From positions 2,356,001 to 2,420,000 of the forward strand of contig JAWMAR010000352.1 in NCBI GenBank assembly GCA_036785375.1: DNA of 64,000 nt, given 5' to 3'. The notes beneath the pieces were generated by a model that was not told the DNA's origin, ran no database searches, and saw nothing but the letters and a program-made list of their open reading frames with translations. Positions within the stretch are counted from its first letter, which is position 1. Each line of letters starts with the position of its first letter. Of this stretch, positions 61,121 through 64,000 are shown piece after piece. The DNA is from Leucoraja ocellata (lineage: Eukaryota). Made by a program: the position numbers and the translations under genes.

Positions 61121-61624
61121 GTGGGAGGATGGAGGGAGGGGCGGTATGGAGGGAGGGGAGGGGCGGTGTGGAGGGAGAGGCGATGGGGAGCGAGCGCTAT
61201 ACCAGCCTTAGCTACCTTGGGTTTCATAGAGTAATTAACCCTCTGTAGATTAAATAGTGGGATAACATAGAACTAGTGTGTGAACTAGTGATGGTCGGTG
61301 CGTAATCAGTGGGCTGAAGGGCCTGGTTCGCCACTGTATCTCTTTAACAAAGCCTTTGTTTCTTTAGAACACAGACTGTTCCGTGGGTAACTATTAACAT
61401 TTACAATAATTGCTTCTATTTACACTGATCAAATAGTCTGTTAAACTGTCTTTACCTGCAGTTACAAAATGTTGAGAATCCTGTGGGATTGTTGCTAATG
61501 CTATTCTGAAGCTCTTGCTCTTGTAGCACCATGTTCTATAACAAGTTTCGTAGAAAGCAGCTCTCTGTGTGGCATTGGTGAGTAATAATAACAATGAAAT
61601 GCAGACGCTGGAAATCTGACAAAG

Positions 61625-61835
61625 GGTGGCACGATGGCGCAGCGGTAGAGTTGCTGCCTCACAGCGCCAGAGACCCGGGTTCGATCCTGACTACAGGTGC
61701 TGTCTGTACGGAGTTTGTACGTTCTCCCCGTGAACTGCGTGGGTTTTTTCTGGGATCTTCGGTTTCCACCCACACCCCACAGATGGGCTGGTTTGTAGGT
61801 TAATTGGCTTGCTGTAAATGTAAATTGTCCCTGCT
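61625..61835 (+). mobile_element. tRNA-derived V-SINE (HE1-like), 5' part
   Basis: A box tggcgcagcgg, B box ggttcgatcc, V-SINE core. Confidence 0.8.
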
Positions 61836-61864
61836 TACCCAGCACACCACCTCCAGGTCCCACA

Positions 61865-62185
61865 GATCGGCAGACTGAACATCCCGCGGTCTAGGCATAA
61901 GCTCAGGGGCTTTGCAGTAGCAGCTCCTAGACTGTGGAACAGCATCCCTCTTCCCATCAGAACTGCCCCCTCCATCGTCTTTTAAGTCGAGACTTAAAAC
62001 TCATCTTTACTCTCAAGCCTTTCTTGACGTCCTCTGAGGGAGGGCTATATGTATGAATTTATGTATGTACTTAATCTATGAACCACTGTTGTATAACGTT
62101 AGTACCTCCACCAATGTAAAGCACTTTGGTCAACGAGAGTTGTTTTTTAAATGTGCTATAGAAATAAAAGTGACTTGACTTGATT
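61865..62185 (+). mobile_element. L2 LINE 3' end
   Basis: AVAAPRLWNSIP..FKSRLKTHL peptide; tail aataaaagtgacttgacttga. Confidence 0.72.
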
Positions 62186-62324
62186 AATCCTGATACTATT
62201 TTTATATCATTACATGTTTTCTGCAGAAGATTTGGATTTGTTGTATTTGTAAACAAAGAGATTAAAATGCTGAACCATACAGGCACATGTCTCAGAATTA
62301 TGTTTTAAACATCTCCTTTATTTG

Positions 62325-63640
62325 AATTTTGGTCTCCTAATTTGAGGAGAACATTCTTGCTATTTATGGAGTGCAGCGTAGGTTCACCAGGTTAATTCCC
62401 GGGATGGTGAGACTGACATATGATGAAAGAATGGATCGACTGGGCTTGTATTCACTGGAATTTAGAAGGATGAGAGGGCATCTTATAGAAACATATAAAA
62501 TCCTTAAGGGATTGGACAGGCTAGATGCAGGGAAAATGTTCCCGATGTTGGGGGGGGGGAGTCCAGAAACAGAGGTCACAGTTTAAGAATAAGGGGTCGG
62601 CCATTTAGGACTGAGATGAGGAAAATCGTTTTCACCCAGAGTTGTGAATCTGGGAATTCTCTGCCACAGAAGGCAGTGGACGCCAATTTACTCGACGTTT
62701 TCAAGATTTAGATTTAGCTCTTTGGGCTAACGGAATTAAGGGATATGGGGAGAAAGCAGGAGAGGGGTACTGATTTTGGATGGTCAGCCATGATCATACT
62801 GAATGGCTCGAATGGCCGAATGCCCTACTCCTGCACATAGTTTCTATGTTTCCTCGCTGTGTCTCTAAACTAAACTAAACGTACATGGTAAATGGTAGGG
62901 AATTGAAGAATGCAGGTGAACAGAGGGATCTGGGAATAACTGTGCACAGTTCCCTGAAAGTGGAATCTCATGTAGATAGGGTGGTAAAGAAAGCTTTTGG
63001 TGTGCTGGCCTTTATAAATCAGAGCATTGAGTATAGAAGTTGGGATGTAGTGTTAAAATTGTACAAGGTATTGGTGAGGCCTATTCTGCAGTATGGTGTA
63101 CAATTTTGGGCACCTAATTATAGGAAAGATGTCAACAAAATAGAGAGAGTACAGAGGAGATTTACTAGAATGTTGCCTGGGTTTCAGCAACTAAGTTACA
63201 GAGAAAGGTTGAACAAGTTAGGGCTTTATTCTTTGGAGCCCAGAAGGTTAAGGGGGGACTTGATAGAGGTCTTTAAAATGATGAGAGGGATAGACAGAGT
63301 TGACGTGGATAAGCTTTTCCCACTAAGGGTAGCAAAGATTCAAACAAGGGGACATGACTTGAGAATTAAGGGACAGAAGTTTAGGGGTAACATGAGGGGG
63401 AACTTCTTTACTCAGAGAGTGGTGGCTGTGTGGAATGAGCTTCCAGTGAAGGTGGTGGAGGCAGCATTTGTTATTATAATGTAAAAATAAATTGGATAGT
63501 TATATGGACAGGAAAGGTATGGAGGGTTATGGTCTGAATGCAGGTGTATGGGACTAGAGGAGAATACGTGTTCGGCACGGACTAGAAGGGTCAAGATGGC
63601 CTGTTTCCGTGCTGTAATTGTTATATGGTTAGATGGTTAA
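62325..63640 (+). mobile_element. Two CR1 3' fragments from different subfamilies (62325-62850; 62885-63640)
   Basis: RT C-terminal peptides; tails tttctatg and atatggtt. Confidence 0.85.
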
Positions 63641-64000
63641 AGCCTTCCTATTACATTCCCGTCTGAATATCTTGTAAAAGTCATGATTATGTCCTTTCTA
63701 AAGCTTCATTTTTAAAAAATTTCAATATATACTTTATTTGAGAAATAAATATATCCAATAGATGATCCTTACAAGACTCCATCCAACATTCTCGGAGGCT
63801 ATACATACATTCAATAATGCTTACACAAACTACACACATTTATCCCCCATCCTTGCCACTCATGTGGCCCACTAGCGTGGAATCCCTTCCCTTATTTTTG
63901 AAGGGCATCTCCACCACACCCTGCCCCCCCCCCCCACCCCTCCCCCCCCATGTCCAGCAGCGGAAGGACCCTAGACTGTGGTCCTCCCCCACTGAGCCTT

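Noticed and set aside
61625-61700. tRNA gene
   Set aside because: The A/B boxes belong to a SINE head that continues into the V-SINE core; the same applies at ~40893.

Overview
Vertebrate genomic DNA. The repeat content (HER1-like CR1 LINEs, HE1-like V-SINEs, Penelope-derived repeats) suggests a cartilaginous fish, probably a skate or ray; this is an inference. Most of the window is nested transposon sequence: CR1, L1, L2, Rex1/Babar, Penelope, a non-autonomous Helitron and several TIR elements. One host gene can be assembled on the + strand from eight phase-compatible GT-AG coding exons between 22155 and 61120. It encodes a ~546-aa Siglec/MAG/CD22-like receptor: signal peptide, V-set domain with the sialic-acid-binding Arg, three further Ig domains, a TM helix containing Glu, and a tail with YANM and ITIM (VEYAEL) motifs. 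A paralogous fifth Ig exon (24829-25537) has been disabled by two deletions and a CR1 insertion, and it could act as a terminal exon for a soluble isoform. I see no clear evidence of a wholly new biological system. The best leads are this receptor's unusual architecture, hammerhead-like motifs in Penelope-derived repeats, and an unclassified GC-rich repeat carrying different LINE tails. Two assembly gaps are present (11301-11447, 25607-25749). Repeat boundaries are approximate unless a TSD or TIR is quoted.
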